DNA from: the human T2T-CHM13v2.0 reference genome, Homo sapiens
DNA: 64,000 nt
Reading direction: 5' to 3' (one strand)
Assembly (NCBI RefSeq): GCF_009914755.1
Contig: NC_060927.1
Shown: piece after piece, positions 1 through 12,130 of the stretch
How the letters are laid out: every line of letters begins with the position of its first letter
Numbering within the stretch: the stretch's first letter is position 1
The notes under the pieces: model-generated
The model's input: only the letters and a program-made list of their open reading frames with translations
The model's database searches: none
Told to the model about the DNA's origin: nothing
Program-made: the position numbers and the translations under genes

Positions 1-1699
1 TCTTATACTCCTGGTTCACCTGAGGATTTCTAAACATGCAATTTCTGAAAAATTCTCCCTATTTCAATTTCTCCACCAATTTAGTTTAGCTCTTATTTAA
101 TATACTGCAAGAAGTTGTTATTTCAAAGCAAGAAAGCAGAAAACAAATGTTTATACCCTAAAAAACCAACAATAACAACAATAACCTTTATAATATCAAA
201 GATGGTTGTGGTGTGTAAGTCAAAGTGTGGGAAGGGTATGATTGCTAAGGGGGCAAAGTGAGATTATTTTCAAAACTCAGTTTCCGTCTCCTATACCTTC
301 CAGAGACTTCTCCAGTAGTAACCCTGAAAGCAATAATCATAAATCCCTTTTACATATGAACAATCATTTGTGACAAACTTGAAACTAAAATCTAGATGAG
401 TGAAGTAATGTGTAATCAACCCTTTGATCTCAGTGCAATGGTCCTTTCTGATTCATTTAGCAGCTGAGTCACTGGGAACATGCTTACCCTGTTTTCTTAG
501 CCAGCTCTCTGGCCAGGAATAGAATCCTTTGCCTGGAATGTCATGTCTATTTGGAGCACCATATCTGAGATCATGCCCCCCACATTTATCCTGCTGTGGC
601 AGCATTAGCATTAGAGCTAAGATGAAGGGGCCCACAAGGTTCAGTTTCTGATTAGATGTGCTGTTTTTCTGCTTGACTTATAGCACATGTGTTTATTATT
701 TCATGATTGTATTCTGTGTTGTGTTCTAGCCGTGGTTCATTTATGTGTGTGTCCTTAACTCTTAGCATAGAAACTTACCCATAGGAAATGCTTAATAATG
801 CTTGTTAAACAAACAGATTGCTTAGAAATCTTCTAAGATGAGGTATATGATAGAAGATAAAACCTTGAGCTTAGAGTTGAATATACACATGGAAGGTGAG
901 ATTGGCCACCCATGAAAGCAAGCCACATAATCAGATGCTAAGAATTCTAAGTATGCATTAAGGAACTAGGAAAATACCCTCTAAAGATTTGTAGCTTTGT
1001 CTAGGTCCCTTTTACTGGTGATGTGTTTTTTAGCTAACTCTATTTACTCTGCACGGGCAAATGGTATTTTCTTAACAAGTGAGCTGGGGAGTAACAAAGT
1101 AAGAAAAAGGAAATGGGGTGAAGAGGTCTTGGTAAGTATATTTTGTCCTGTAGTGAGTGATGCTCTGCTTCAAATAGAACTCAATTACTCAATTCCCAGA
1201 GGAGATTGTCCTTACTTAGAAAAGCATCTGTTTTGCCCCGATATATGTAGTATAGCACTATAGTATGTATTACAGCATAGTTTTATGCTACGTATATGTG
1301 CAAATACACGCATGCATTTACTCGCTATTAATATTGCATTACGCAGTTACACAGCTAACACCATATTGGGCATGTAATGGTTAATTCATCATGTCCCTGG
1401 CATGTTTTACTTAAGGATGCTTTGTGGTGTTACTCAGGGAGGAACACTATGTTGCCCAAAGTAAGGATCCAATATGGGCATCAGAGAGCGTTCTGTTGGA
1501 AGAGGCTATAGGATTAGAGAGACACCAGTCATCCCTGAGCTAACAAATAAAGCAGGCAACCAGCATTTTGTTGTGGGTGTTGGAGAGGCAAAGCATCTGT
1601 AAAGATTACTTTGAAAGAGAGTGTTATGTAGTGGCAGATGCATAAACTAAGGACTATTTCAAATAGTAAGCAAAGACCTTGAAACAATACAATAGCCAC

Positions 1700-1900
1700 C
1701 ATTGGTAAAGTGTCAACTCTGTGCCAAATATTTCATGTTACCTTATCAGTAAACTTCAACACAATGCTATCTGATAGGTGTGCCCATATTTTAGAGATGA
1801 GAAAATAGATGTGAAATGGACTACAGGTCACAACTTTTAAGAGGCATAACAAAGATTCAAAACTAGGTTTGTGTGATTTCACAAATCTGAAATCTTTGCA
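1700..1900 (-). mobile_element. MIR SINE fragment
   Basis: Degenerate MIR core (cccatattttagagatgagaaaat...ggtcaca...gattcaaaactagg); boundaries approximate. Confidence 0.55.
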
Positions 1901-2016
1901 GTACACTGCCATGCAATGCTTTAGCTCAGAATAGAATGAGACAATAGGATATGTTGATAAGTATCAATATGATATGTTGAAGACAGTCAGCAAGCTTGTA
2001 AAATGGAAGAGGAACC

Positions 2017-2712
2017 TGTTAGCAGTGGTGATTCCCTGTGGGCCTGCAGCAACCTCACTTCTTGTCTCCTCGGAAGAAAGAATTCGAACAGGGGCATAAG
2101 GCAGAGTGAGAGAGCAAGGCAAGTTGTAGAGCAGGAGTGAAAGTTTATTAAAATGTTTTAGAGCAGAAATGAAAGGAAGTAAAGTACACTTGGAAGAGGG
2201 CCAAGTGGGCAACTTGGAGATTCAAGTTCATGGTTCGATCTTTGACTTGGGTTTGTTTTACATTGGCATGCTTCCTGGGGGTGGCATCCCTTCTCCCCTG
2301 ATTCTTCCCTTGGGATGGGCTGTCATATACTTGGTAGCCTGCCAGCACTTGGGATGCTGTGTGCACAGTGTGTTTACTGAGTTGTACACATGCTCACTTG
2401 AGGCATTTTCCCCTTACGAGTTGAGTGTTCATATACCAGTTAAACTTCACCATTTTGCCCGTTAGTGCACATGCTTGAGCCCACTTGCCCAGCTCCTGAG
2501 GTCTTATTGGGAAGCTGCTGATCGCCAGTTTCATGTATTTCTTTTTATTGGGAAACTGTCTTTCCCTGGCTCTGGCTGTGTCCAATTATTATTTTAGAGA
2601 GACAACTGAACAACTGCCAGACCATCACCTGATAGTTGTCTGACATTCCTGGTGGAGGGAAGGAGAACCCTCTCCTGCCCTCCTCCTGTCTGATTAACTG
2701 CCTACTGTGAAA
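2017..2712 (-). mobile_element. ERV1 solo LTR, MER50-like (MER4 group)
   Basis: Begins tgttagcagtgg...gcagcaacctc...gaaagaattcg; minus-strand AATAAA near 2144; 4-bp TSD aacc at 2013-2016 and 2713-2716. Confidence 0.8.
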
Positions 2713-3856
2713 AACCCAGACCAGGAAATTATCACAATAGAAGTTCCCAGTTGCTGTCAGGTCTCCAGTAAGGAGCAACCTGAATTGGTATTAGAATCCA
2801 TTGAATATCCTTATATTATACTTGTGAATGAATAACTCTATTTTTGTCATTTAGGAATGCATGCATTTGAAGAATCTCTTTCCCATCTTATTACAGATAC
2901 TGCTTTACACAGAGAATCTAAGATTTGGCTCTCCAGAGCAGTCAAAACCCTTTGATGAGTGATCCCTAATTTAGACTGCTTTCATTATAAGGCTTGGTGG
3001 CTCTGTAGACTGCAGTTGCCTCAAACAAAGTTGTTATTCTCAAGAAACTTCCCCTCTATGAAAAATAGCCTTAATCTTATAAGAATTGAGCAGACTCATC
3101 TTGTTTCTAGAAGAATGCCTGCATTTTGTCATGCCATGAGATTAAAAGGCTGCAAGTTTATAATAGACATGTGGCTGGTCCTCTTATAGCTCCTATAATG
3201 ATGTGTCATTTGAGACTGATGTGACAAGATAGTCTGTAGAGAAACACTCAGTAAGATTTTAAAAGGGATTAGCACTTAACCAAATGAAAATAATACCTAT
3301 GGTCCCATCGGGGAGACTATAATTTATAAATGTTGTTAGGGGTGGTCACACTGTTTCTGAATATAAACTGCTTACTAGCTAAATCAAGAAGAAATCTCTT
3401 ACTCTTACTACCAGAGGAAGATACTACAAGTCTCCCTTCCCTGTCCTCAACCTGGCCTTGGCAGTTAGCAGATCCTATGCTGTGACCCATAGATCAGTGT
3501 CTGTGAGCAGCAGGAAATATAAAGTGTCAGTAATCAAGCTGGGGGGAGCTGTTCAAAGCTTGAATTTACCCCAGAGGATCTTCAGAAAGGGCAGAATGAA
3601 AGCCAAGGTATGCAAATGGAGCCAGGCAGGGGGAAAGATTAAATGTTGCTATTTGAATGCATAAACCTCTTCATGTTTAATAAGTACTCAGATGTGGGAA
3701 AGAAAGTTTCAGAGAAAATAGTTATAAATGGTAGTCCATCGGAGCAGCTTGTACCCTGAGACCAGAACTGGGCTTATGTATTTATACTAGCACAGGAGCC
3801 CATGCTTTGGTTTCCAGTTCAGTATCCCAGAATTTTCAGGCATGGGTTGGTAACTT

Positions 3857-4428
3857 ACACTGTTTTGTCTGCTGAGTGTCTGCCACCCCAATCAATATTA
3901 TCATCTTGAATTATTTCTGAAAACCATTCTTCCCCCAATATTAATCCAGGTACTTTGGGTGGAATTGCCCCATTTCTTGGTCCTTGTTCTAGGTGTGAAC
4001 ACACGACTCAGACCTGATCACTCAGTTGGCTCTGCAACTGATCGATTCCCTAACTGATGAATCAGAGATGGACATATGAACAAAATTAGTCCAAAAAGAC
4101 TCAGCTGTGAGAATTTTTTTTCCAGGAGCTATTGAGAAAGGGAAGCTCTCTTCCTATAAGGGCTGGTTTTTGAGCTGGCAGCAGGTAGACATAGAGTGTG
4201 GTGAGCACTTTGCTATCATAGGGAAGGAGCTATCATTCAGGAAAGCAAAGTCCAGCAATGAAGAGAAGGTGAGTCCTGCTGACATTGTTTGAGTTCCTAG
4301 ATTGGGCCATACCCGAAGATCACATATCTCTGGAATTTTTAGGTACAAGTCTAATGGATTATCTTTTGTTGCTTACTCAAGGCCACTTTGAGTTAGGGCT
4401 CTTTCTACTAGAAGAATACTGATTTGTA
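3857..4428 (+). mobile_element. Ancient MaLR LTR (MLT1K/L-like)
   Basis: 3' part resembles the MLT1J/K/L end (gagtcctgctgacattgtttgag...tttgagttaggg); 5' boundary uncertain. Confidence 0.55.
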
Positions 4429-4548
4429 TATTTCTCAAGTCTTTTCTAGAGTTTGTCCCTAAACCTCAGCCATCCTGTCTGGGATTCTGCTATCAGACCT
4501 CTTTGATTCTGAGAATTGCCTTAAACATTCTACTCTGTACCTTTAGAC

Positions 4549-4747
4549 CAGTGTTTCTCAACAGAGGGTAATTTTGCCTCCTGAGGGACATGTGGAAATA
4601 CCTGGAGACATTCTTGGTTATCATTAATGGGAGTAGGTAGATACAGGCCAGTGATGCTGCTAAATATTCTATGATGCGTAAGACAGTCACCTACAACAAA
4701 TAATTATCCAGCCAAAATGTCAGTGGTGCTGCTGCTGAGAAACTGTG
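4549..4747. mobile_element. MER20 hAT-Charlie MITE
   Basis: TIRs cagtgtttctca / tgagaaactgtg; 8-bp TSD ctttagac (4541-4548) / ctttagat (4748-4755). Confidence 0.9.
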
Positions 4748-4794
4748 CTTTAGATTTTCTAATCGGCCCACTTCCCAGGCCTAATACTGTCTAC

Positions 4795-4915
4795 CATTCA
4801 TTAATTCTTCATTCATTCAAAATCATACATTAGGATCATCTGGTCTAAGCATTGTACTAATGTCTGATGATGCAGCAATGGTCAAGGCACAGTCCTTGCT
4901 ATCAGGAACTTGGAG
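4795..4915 (-). mobile_element. L2 3' end fragment
   Basis: cattcatt...cattcattcaa tail followed by L2-like sequence. Confidence 0.5.
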
Positions 4916-6339
4916 ATGTATTTGACTCAACTAGTCTTATCCTCTTATTGCTTGCCTCAATTAGCCTCTCTGAACCTCACATCCACCCTGGGGTTCTGTG
5001 TTGTCTCAGGATGTTGGACATCCTGATCGTGAACATGGTCCATTCTGTACCTCAAATTGGGTCATGACAAGTTACATTCATCATGCTAAGTAGCTACTTT
5101 TAGCACAGCAATGTGTCGTCATTTGTAATGGCAGTGGAGAATTTTGCATGGGTTAAAGGGACTTAAACTTTTTCAGCCTTTCTTTTTTTTTTTTTTTTTT
5201 CCTCCTGGTGGGTGGGTGGGGGGCTTCATGGAAATCTTTCTCTGGAGAAACAGCAGACAATAATTACATCTTTTTGGCTCCATGATGTGGTGAATAACAG
5301 ATGTTGGTTGAAAGGAGAACATTTATAAGAGTAGAGGAAGTGAATGCATATTTGGTGTTCTGTCTAGAGTATTTGTAGTACATAATTTTGAAAAACTGTT
5401 TGCTAATGTCTGGTGAGTAACCTTTGAAAGTGTCCCTTCAGCATTATTATGCTAGTACTGTATTTCAGATCTCAGGAATTTGATCTAAAGAATGGCATTT
5501 GTGTGTGAATAAGCAGCAGGGGAAGAATTACAGGAATACATACGTTTTCTTCTTTTTTCTTCTCAGTGAATTAAATGGACAAAACAGATTGCTGTGGAAC
5601 GGTTTGTGATTGCTATTTTGAAAACCTGGTCATATATTTTTAGCCTGCAAAACCTCTGCTTTGACACATTTCCTCATGGGGACACACTGCAGCTGCTGAA
5701 AGAAGGGAAGTCCCAGCACTGCTTTCTCACCATGGAACAGCAGGAGAGGAAAGCCTTTTGAATTCTAGCCATGATAACCCTAAAGTTTACATGGCCACAG
5801 ACTCCAGCTTTGCCAGGTGATTTTTTTTTTTTAACATAAAACAAAGGGGACCCAAGGGTCAGGCTGGCTGCTAAAATGATACAGGCAGGGGAGGTTAAGA
5901 TGATGAAGGAGTGAAGGCTGCAATTTAATAAATGTAAGTCAGAGCATCGCTCCTTCAGAGCAATGTGTTTATAATTTGTAACTGGAGGTGGCCAAAGGCA
6001 TAACCTCACTGGATTTCTCAATCTATCGTCGTTAAATAGCTGTACATTCAGTGAAACTAGAGACATTGTTCAGTCTTCCATGATTTCTGCAGAGTCGGAG
6101 GATGGTAGGGAAAGGGGTCTTCACATGCCTTTTAGCCAGATCATCTGTCAGGCATAGAATTGAGATGTGCGTTATTTTTTTGATCATGTGTGAATTCCAA
6201 GTGCTCTCAGATTAAAAATATGTTTCTCTTTATTTTGTGCTAGTGTACAAAGACTATTAACATGGAGTTTGATTTTTTTCTTTTTGAACTAGGAACACTA
6301 ATGAAGATGTCTGAATTATGGAGGGCACAAATAATGACT

Positions 6340-6433
6340 AAAATATATTTCATACTTACTATGTACCAAACACTTTGTTGTGCATGCTACATCCATTATC
6401 TAATTTAATCTTTATGAAAGAGATGCAATTATT
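6340..6433 (-). mobile_element. MIR fragment, split by the 6434-8961 insertion and resuming at about 8962-9001
   Basis: cttactatgtaccaaacact...atctaatttaatc is MIR-like; attattatttt...tacaaatg after the right TSD continues it. Confidence 0.5.
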
Positions 6434-6441
6434 TTTATTTT

Positions 6442-7003
6442 AATTTGGAAAGGAGAACTTTATTTCTGACACGGATTGTAACCTGCAGACTGGGAAACAG
6501 AGAGCCTCTGGCTGAGACCAAAAGCAAGCACTTCAAAGGAGGAAGAGTGGAACAGGAGTTTTATGCTAAATGGACTGGCTAAATGTTTATATTTAACAGG
6601 TTACAGGAAGATGCATATTTAACAGATTACAGGAAGATCTATGACTGTTCATGAAATGGGGCCTCACGCAGGCATAAGCAAACATGCATGTTACATATGT
6701 CCCATATCCACTTTGGGGTGGAAACTTAACATTAAAATGTAGTAAAATTAGGTTTTGTATCTCAAAAGGTGAAACTTAGGACACAAAGTGTTTAGTGTGC
6801 AGCTTCCATAAACTGAGCAGAACTAATCTGTAGTTGGTGGTCATTTATCAGGAAGGGATGCTTTGTGAAACCTGTCAGCTGCTATATAAAGACTGCAAAA
6901 ATGAAGGGGAGGCTGGCTCTGGCCTCAGGTGGTTTGTTGAAGTCAGCTGAGGACTGAGTTCCATTCTTTGTTTTCCAGGGCTGGTTTCTGTTTAACTCTC
7001 AGG

Positions 7004-7035
<32 letters not shown>

Positions 7036-7203
7036 ATTCTGGCAATGGTTAGTGAGGAAGGGAATTACTGAGGTGTGACCAACTCCCATCCTGTTATCGC
7101 CTAGACATGTACTTTTTAAACGTTTTCTGAAGTCTCCTTGGCCAAGAGGAGTTCATTCAGCCAGTGGGGGTGGGAGCAGTTAGGATTTTGTTTTTATTTC
7201 ACA
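6442..7203 (-). mobile_element. MER39-like ERV1 LTR lacking U5, with an internal A30 run (7004-7033)
   Basis: Minus strand starts TGTGAAATAAAAACAAAATCCTAA and contains GTTAAACAGAAACCAGCCC; ends about 17 nt after AATAAA (6459-6464). Confidence 0.75.
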
Positions 7204-7299
7204 TGCCTATGCTGAGGAACCCTGCCTCAGGCAATGGAGAGTCATTGGAGGATTTTAAATAGTGAAATGGTATTCACTCTCTTAAATAGCTATCTAGTG

Positions 7300-8961
7300 T
7301 TTTCTTTAAAATTTTTTTATTTTTCTAGATTTAGATTTTCAAGTGCAGATTTCTTACATGCATGTATTGCATTCCTGTGAAGTCCGGGCTTTTAGAGAAC
7401 CCATCACCCAAATAGAGAACATTGTACCCAATAGGTGATTTTTTCATCCCAAACCCTCCTCCAGCCCTCCTACTTTGTACAATCTCCAATGTCTATTATT
7501 CCACTTTGTGTGTTGATGTATACTCATGGTTTAGCTTCCACTTATAAGTGAGAACATGTGGTATAGAACATTTTGTTTCTGAGTTATTTCAGTTAGGATA
7601 ATGGCCTCTAGTTTTGCATCCATATTCCTGCAAAAGACATGATTTTATTCTTTTTTATGGCCAAGTATTATTCCATGGTATATATACACCATATTTTCTT
7701 TATCCAGTCATCTATTAATGGATACTTAGGTTAATTCTCTATCTCTGCTATTGTGAATAATTCTGTAATAAATATGTGAGTGTAGGTATCTTTTTGGTAT
7801 AATGATTTCTTTCCCTTTGGGTATATACCCAGTATTGAGATTGCTGGATTGAATGGTAGTTCTGTATTTTGTTCTTTGAGAAATCTTCATACTATTTTCC
7901 ACTAAGGTTGTACTACTTGACCTTCCCACCAACAGTGTATAAGTGTTCCTTTTTCTCTGCATCCTCTCCAACATCTGTTGATTGTTGACTTTTTAATAGT
8001 TGCCATTCTGACTGGTGTAAAATGGTATCTCACTGAGGGTTGATGTGCATTTCTCCGATGATTAGTACTGCTGAGCTTTTTAAAATTGTTGGTTGACTCC
8101 TTGTATGTCTTCTTTTGAGAAACTTTTGTTTATTTGCCCACTTTTTAATGTGGTTATTGGTTTTTTCTTGTTGAGATGTTTGAGTTCTTTTTAGACTCTA
8201 GGTATTAGCTCTTCATTGGAGGCATAGTTTACACATATGTTTTTCCTCATTGTATAGGTTGTTTCCTCTGTTGTTGTTCCTCTGCAGTGCAGAAGCTTTT
8301 TAGTTTAATTAAGTCCTATTTGTCTATTTTTGGTTTTGTTTTGTTTGCTTTTGAGGACTTGGTTATAAATTCATTGCCTAGGCGTCCAGAAGAGATTTTA
8401 CTAGGTTTTCTTCTAGGATTTTTATAATTTCAGGTCTTACATTTAGGTCTTTAATCCACCTTGAGCTAATTATTGTACATGGTGAGAGGTATGGGTTCTG
8501 TTTCATTCTTCTGCATATAATGATCCAATTTTCCTAGCACCCTTAATTGAATAGGATGTCCTTTCACCAGTGTATATTTTTGTCAACTTTGGGGAAGATC
8601 GGTTTGTTGTAGTTATGTGGCTTTGTTTCTGGATTCTATATTCTGTTCCATTGATTTCTGTGTCTATTTTTATACCAGTGTCATGCTGTTTTGGTTACTA
8701 TAGGCTTATAATAGAATTTGAAGTCAGGTAGTGTGATGCCTCCAGCTTTGTTGTTTTTGCTTAAAATTGCTTTTGCTATTTGGGCTCTTTTTTGGTTTCA
8801 TATGAATTTAGGATTGCTTTTTCTAAATCTCTTAAAAATGACATTGGTAATTTGGTAGGTATTGCATTGAATCCATAGATCATTTTAGGCAGTATGGTTA
8901 TTTTAATGATATAGATTCCTCCAATTCATGAGCATTGGATATTTTTCCATTTGTTTATCTC
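7300..8961 (-). mobile_element. 5'-truncated L1 (L1PB4-like): ORF2 3' end and 3'UTR
   Basis: T-rich tail at about 7300-7325; L1PB-type 3'UTR; ORF2 C-terminal remnants (ORF 7726-7974). Confidence 0.85.
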
Positions 8962-9073
8962 AAGAGATGCCATTATTATTTTCGCCTTATTAGTACAAAT
9001 GCAGTGTCTTTTGTCGAATTCACCAATGCCCCTCTCCTGCTCCTGGAATAGTGCCTATAACATAGGGGTGTTA

Positions 9074-9315
9074 CCTGACCAATCAGATAGTAAAAAGAGC
9101 TCACTAAAATGCTAATTAGGCAAAAACAGGAGGTAAAGAAATAGCCAATCATCTGTTGCCTGAGAGCACAGCGGAAGGGACAATGATCGGGATATAAACC
9201 CAGGCATTCACGCCAGCAATGGCTACCCTCTTTGGGTCCCCTCTCTTTGTATGGGAGCTCCGTTTTCACTCTATTTCACTGTATTAAATCTTGCAACTGC
9301 AAAAAAAACCACAAA
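9074..9315 (+). mobile_element. HERV-W LTR17 U3-R fragment with poly(A) tail (5'-truncated processed copy) inside an L2 tail
   Basis: cctgaccaatcag...gagctcactaaaatgctaattaggc...gggatataaaccc...attaaatcttgcaactgc then A-rich tail; TSD aacataggggtgtta (9059-9073) / aatatagggtgtta (9316-9329). Confidence 0.9.
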
Positions 9316-9821
9316 AATATAGGGTGTTAAATAAATATTTGTTGAATAATTTGTAAAACCAATAATGATGTAGGAAAAGTTGAACTAAGTTTTCTCCCCA
9401 CTTCTTGTGATGATAAAATACCTTGTTGTAGACATGTTTTAACTGAGAACAACTAATTGGATGAAATATTGAAAAAATAATCGTTGGAAGTTAAAAAAAA
9501 ACAGATAAAGACCAAGTCAGTTCTCTCTAAGTGAAGTCATAAAGAGATAAAATTCTGAATTAAAGAGAAGGATGGGGACAGGAGCTCAAGATAGATGTCT
9601 TCTTTCCCCCTTAACACAGACACCTTTCAAAGCAGTAGCAGAGAGCCTGGGAAGCTAGGAACAGCTTTCAGAGATTGTATAGGGCTGAAGCACAAATATG
9701 GGAGCTCACTGCTCACCAAGATGAAGAGGTCCTGCAAACATGTTGCGGATATTGAGGTTCTGCAGACCAAAGTCAAATTCCCATTCCACTACTTTCTAGC
9801 TGGGCATGTTAGTCCATATTC

Positions 9822-10180
9822 ATTTTGGTTGCTAACAAACATTAATATGAATATAATATTGTTATTTTATTATATTATTGCTAATAATGTTAATAAAATA
9901 ATAATGTTAATGAAATGTTATATTGTATTATAATATATTGAAATAAATATTTGTTATTAATATTTATAATTATGTGTATTTGTTAACATTAACAATTAAT
10001 ATATAATTAATGCTACCATTAATATTAATTGTATAATAACTAATATTAATTAATATTAATAATATAATAACTAATATTAATTAATTTTAATATAATAACT
10101 AATATTAATTAATATTAATATTTGTTAACCAAAATAACACAATATTAGTATTAAGAAATATTATTTGGTTATTAACAATA
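9822..10180. repeat. AT-rich low-complexity tract with three 28-31 bp tandem units (10032-10120)
   Basis: tataataactaatattaattaat repeated at 10032, 10063 and 10091. Confidence 0.85.
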
Positions 10181-10675
10181 AACTTACATTGAAGCATCAT
10201 CAGCATACATTTTGAATTAACACAAAGTGATTACACATATGTATCCACCACCAAGATCAAGAAACAAAATTCCAGAAACCTTTTCACGCCCACTTTTCCC
10301 AAAGTAATCATTATTCTGACTTCTTATGTTATAAACACATTTGTTTGCTTTTTAGCTTTATATAAACATCTGGCCTTTTAAATCTATTTCATATCTGAGA
10401 GATTCACCTAAATTGTGATATGTGGCCATATTTTGTTCATTTTCTGTTGCTGTTTATAATACTACTTTATGGCCCAACATAAGGGTAAGTCTGGTAAATT
10501 TTTCACATGCACTTGAAAAGAGTGGATATCCTGCAAGTGTTGGGTGCAGAATTCTATGTATGTCAGTTAGATACAGTTTGTTGATCCTGTTGCTCATCGC
10601 CTCTCTTATCTTTCTAATTTTGTGGTATTTTTCTGTCATTACTGATAATTGTATGCTAAAATCTCCCATTATGAG
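10180..10675 (-). mobile_element. Old L1M fragments
   Basis: L1M-like 3'UTR and ORF2 remnants (gcacttgaaaagagtggatatcctgc...gttgggtgcag). Confidence 0.55.
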
Positions 10676-10764
10676 TTGGAAGGAAACTTAGAAACCATGT
10701 AGTTTACTTTTTAAATTTTACAGATTATAAACTGAGAAGAAAGCAGATGGACTGAATGTTGATT

Positions 10765-10920
10765 AAATAAATAGCATGTGTCAGGCAATGACTGAGGTTC
10801 TTTACACACATTGTATAATTAAATCCTCACAAGGATGCTGTGAGGTAGGTAAATTTCTCAAAATTTTACAGGTGAGAAAACTGAGACACAATGAAGTTAA
10901 GTGACTTGCTCAGATCTCTC
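10765..10920 (-). mobile_element. MIR
   Basis: aatcctcacaagg...tgtgaggtagg...ttttacaggtgagaaaactgagacac...gttaagtgacttgc. Confidence 0.8.
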
Positions 10921-11974
10921 TGGATGCTAAGCTGTACCATGTTATATACCCTAGGGTTCGCTACCTTGCCTATGTGTTGGATTCATTGGTAGTCATTCAC
11001 AGGCATTTATTCAGGGTCCTTTTGTGCTGTGCAATGTGTCAGGAGCTAGGGCATCAATACAGAAAAGCCATGGCAAACTCACAGGTAAATCAACGTGAAT
11101 GAACAGTTACAAGTTAAACCCAAGGGAAAGTTTCTCATGTTCTACCCATGAGTTTGTATTTTACCTGGAAGGCATTGGGGCAACCTTAAATCATTTTTAC
11201 CAAGGGACAGAGACTGAGCATTAATTCCAGCAAAAGCTGCTGGCAGCACGAACTGTGGTCATGGCAGTAAGAATTGAGATCAGGGTATAGACTCAAGAGG
11301 AATGTAGAAAGCAGACCTGGGAGTGGATAGAACAGTGCTTTTTTTCACTTGTACAGCCCACAGTCACCAGTGTTGACATGCCCTCTAGAAGAGCATTTCT
11401 TAGCACTGGAAAATCAGTTCAGAGAGTAAAGCAACTTCTAGTGGAACATTTGTAGAATTTCATTATTTCGAATTTCTTAGGGCCATTCTTGTCCGAGGTG
11501 AGAAGAAGCGCTTTTCTGAGGTTGAACAGAGACTCAAGAAACCTAGCAAGTGTATCTGAGAGTAAATTTGGACACAAATAATGATGTTGTGAGGGTGGAC
11601 ACTTCTCATCCCTGATTACACCCTTTTCCACCAAAATTCCAAATAGTTTGAGAAGCCTGCTTGATGCTCCAAATGTAGCTGCTGATTCCTGTCTAGTAAG
11701 TGCATGACCACCCATGGTTTTTTTTCCCTCTTCTTGATCAGCATGTGGTCAAATCAAGGGTAGAGAGATATGCAGATGTTCCTGTGTTATTAGGAACAGA
11801 GCATTTCTCAATAGAGCTCATAGATCAGAAAGTAGCCTGTGAGTTCCCCTTTATCTTACCTGCAATAGGACTGGGCTTCAAACCTCTCCTGGCTTCAGTG
11901 ATAATTTCCTTTGGGAATCTCCTTTGTCTACCTAGCAACCTGCACACATTCAGCTCATACCCGGCAATACTTAC

Positions 11975-12072
11975 CTGGTCTGATTCTGTAATCTGGTTTT
12001 CCAGTTGGTCTTTAAGGGCCTTTTCTTGTTTTAAATTTTATTTTCTTTTAACTCCTCCAAATAGGGATCTTT
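11975..12072 (-). pseudogene. Candidate decayed coding exon (coiled-coil-like)
   Basis: attttAG acceptor and CAG|GTAAGT donor; 98 bp; restoring one A gives KDPYLEELKENKNLKQEKALKDQLENQITESDQ. Confidence 0.4.
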
Positions 12073-12086
12073 CTAAAATATTTTAT

Positions 12087-12130
<44 letters not shown>
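12087..12130 (+). repeat. (GATA)11 tetranucleotide STR
   Basis: 11 perfect GATA units. Confidence 0.98.

Noticed and set aside
5050-6300. TE-poor stretch that might hold conserved enhancers (similarly 13700-14500 and 35000-36400)
   Set aside because: Cannot be supported without conservation or chromatin data.
11419-12095. 98-aa and 131-aa ORFs in unique sequence
   Set aside because: No recognisable motif or clear splice boundaries; the + strand ORF is antisense to the pseudo-exon candidate.
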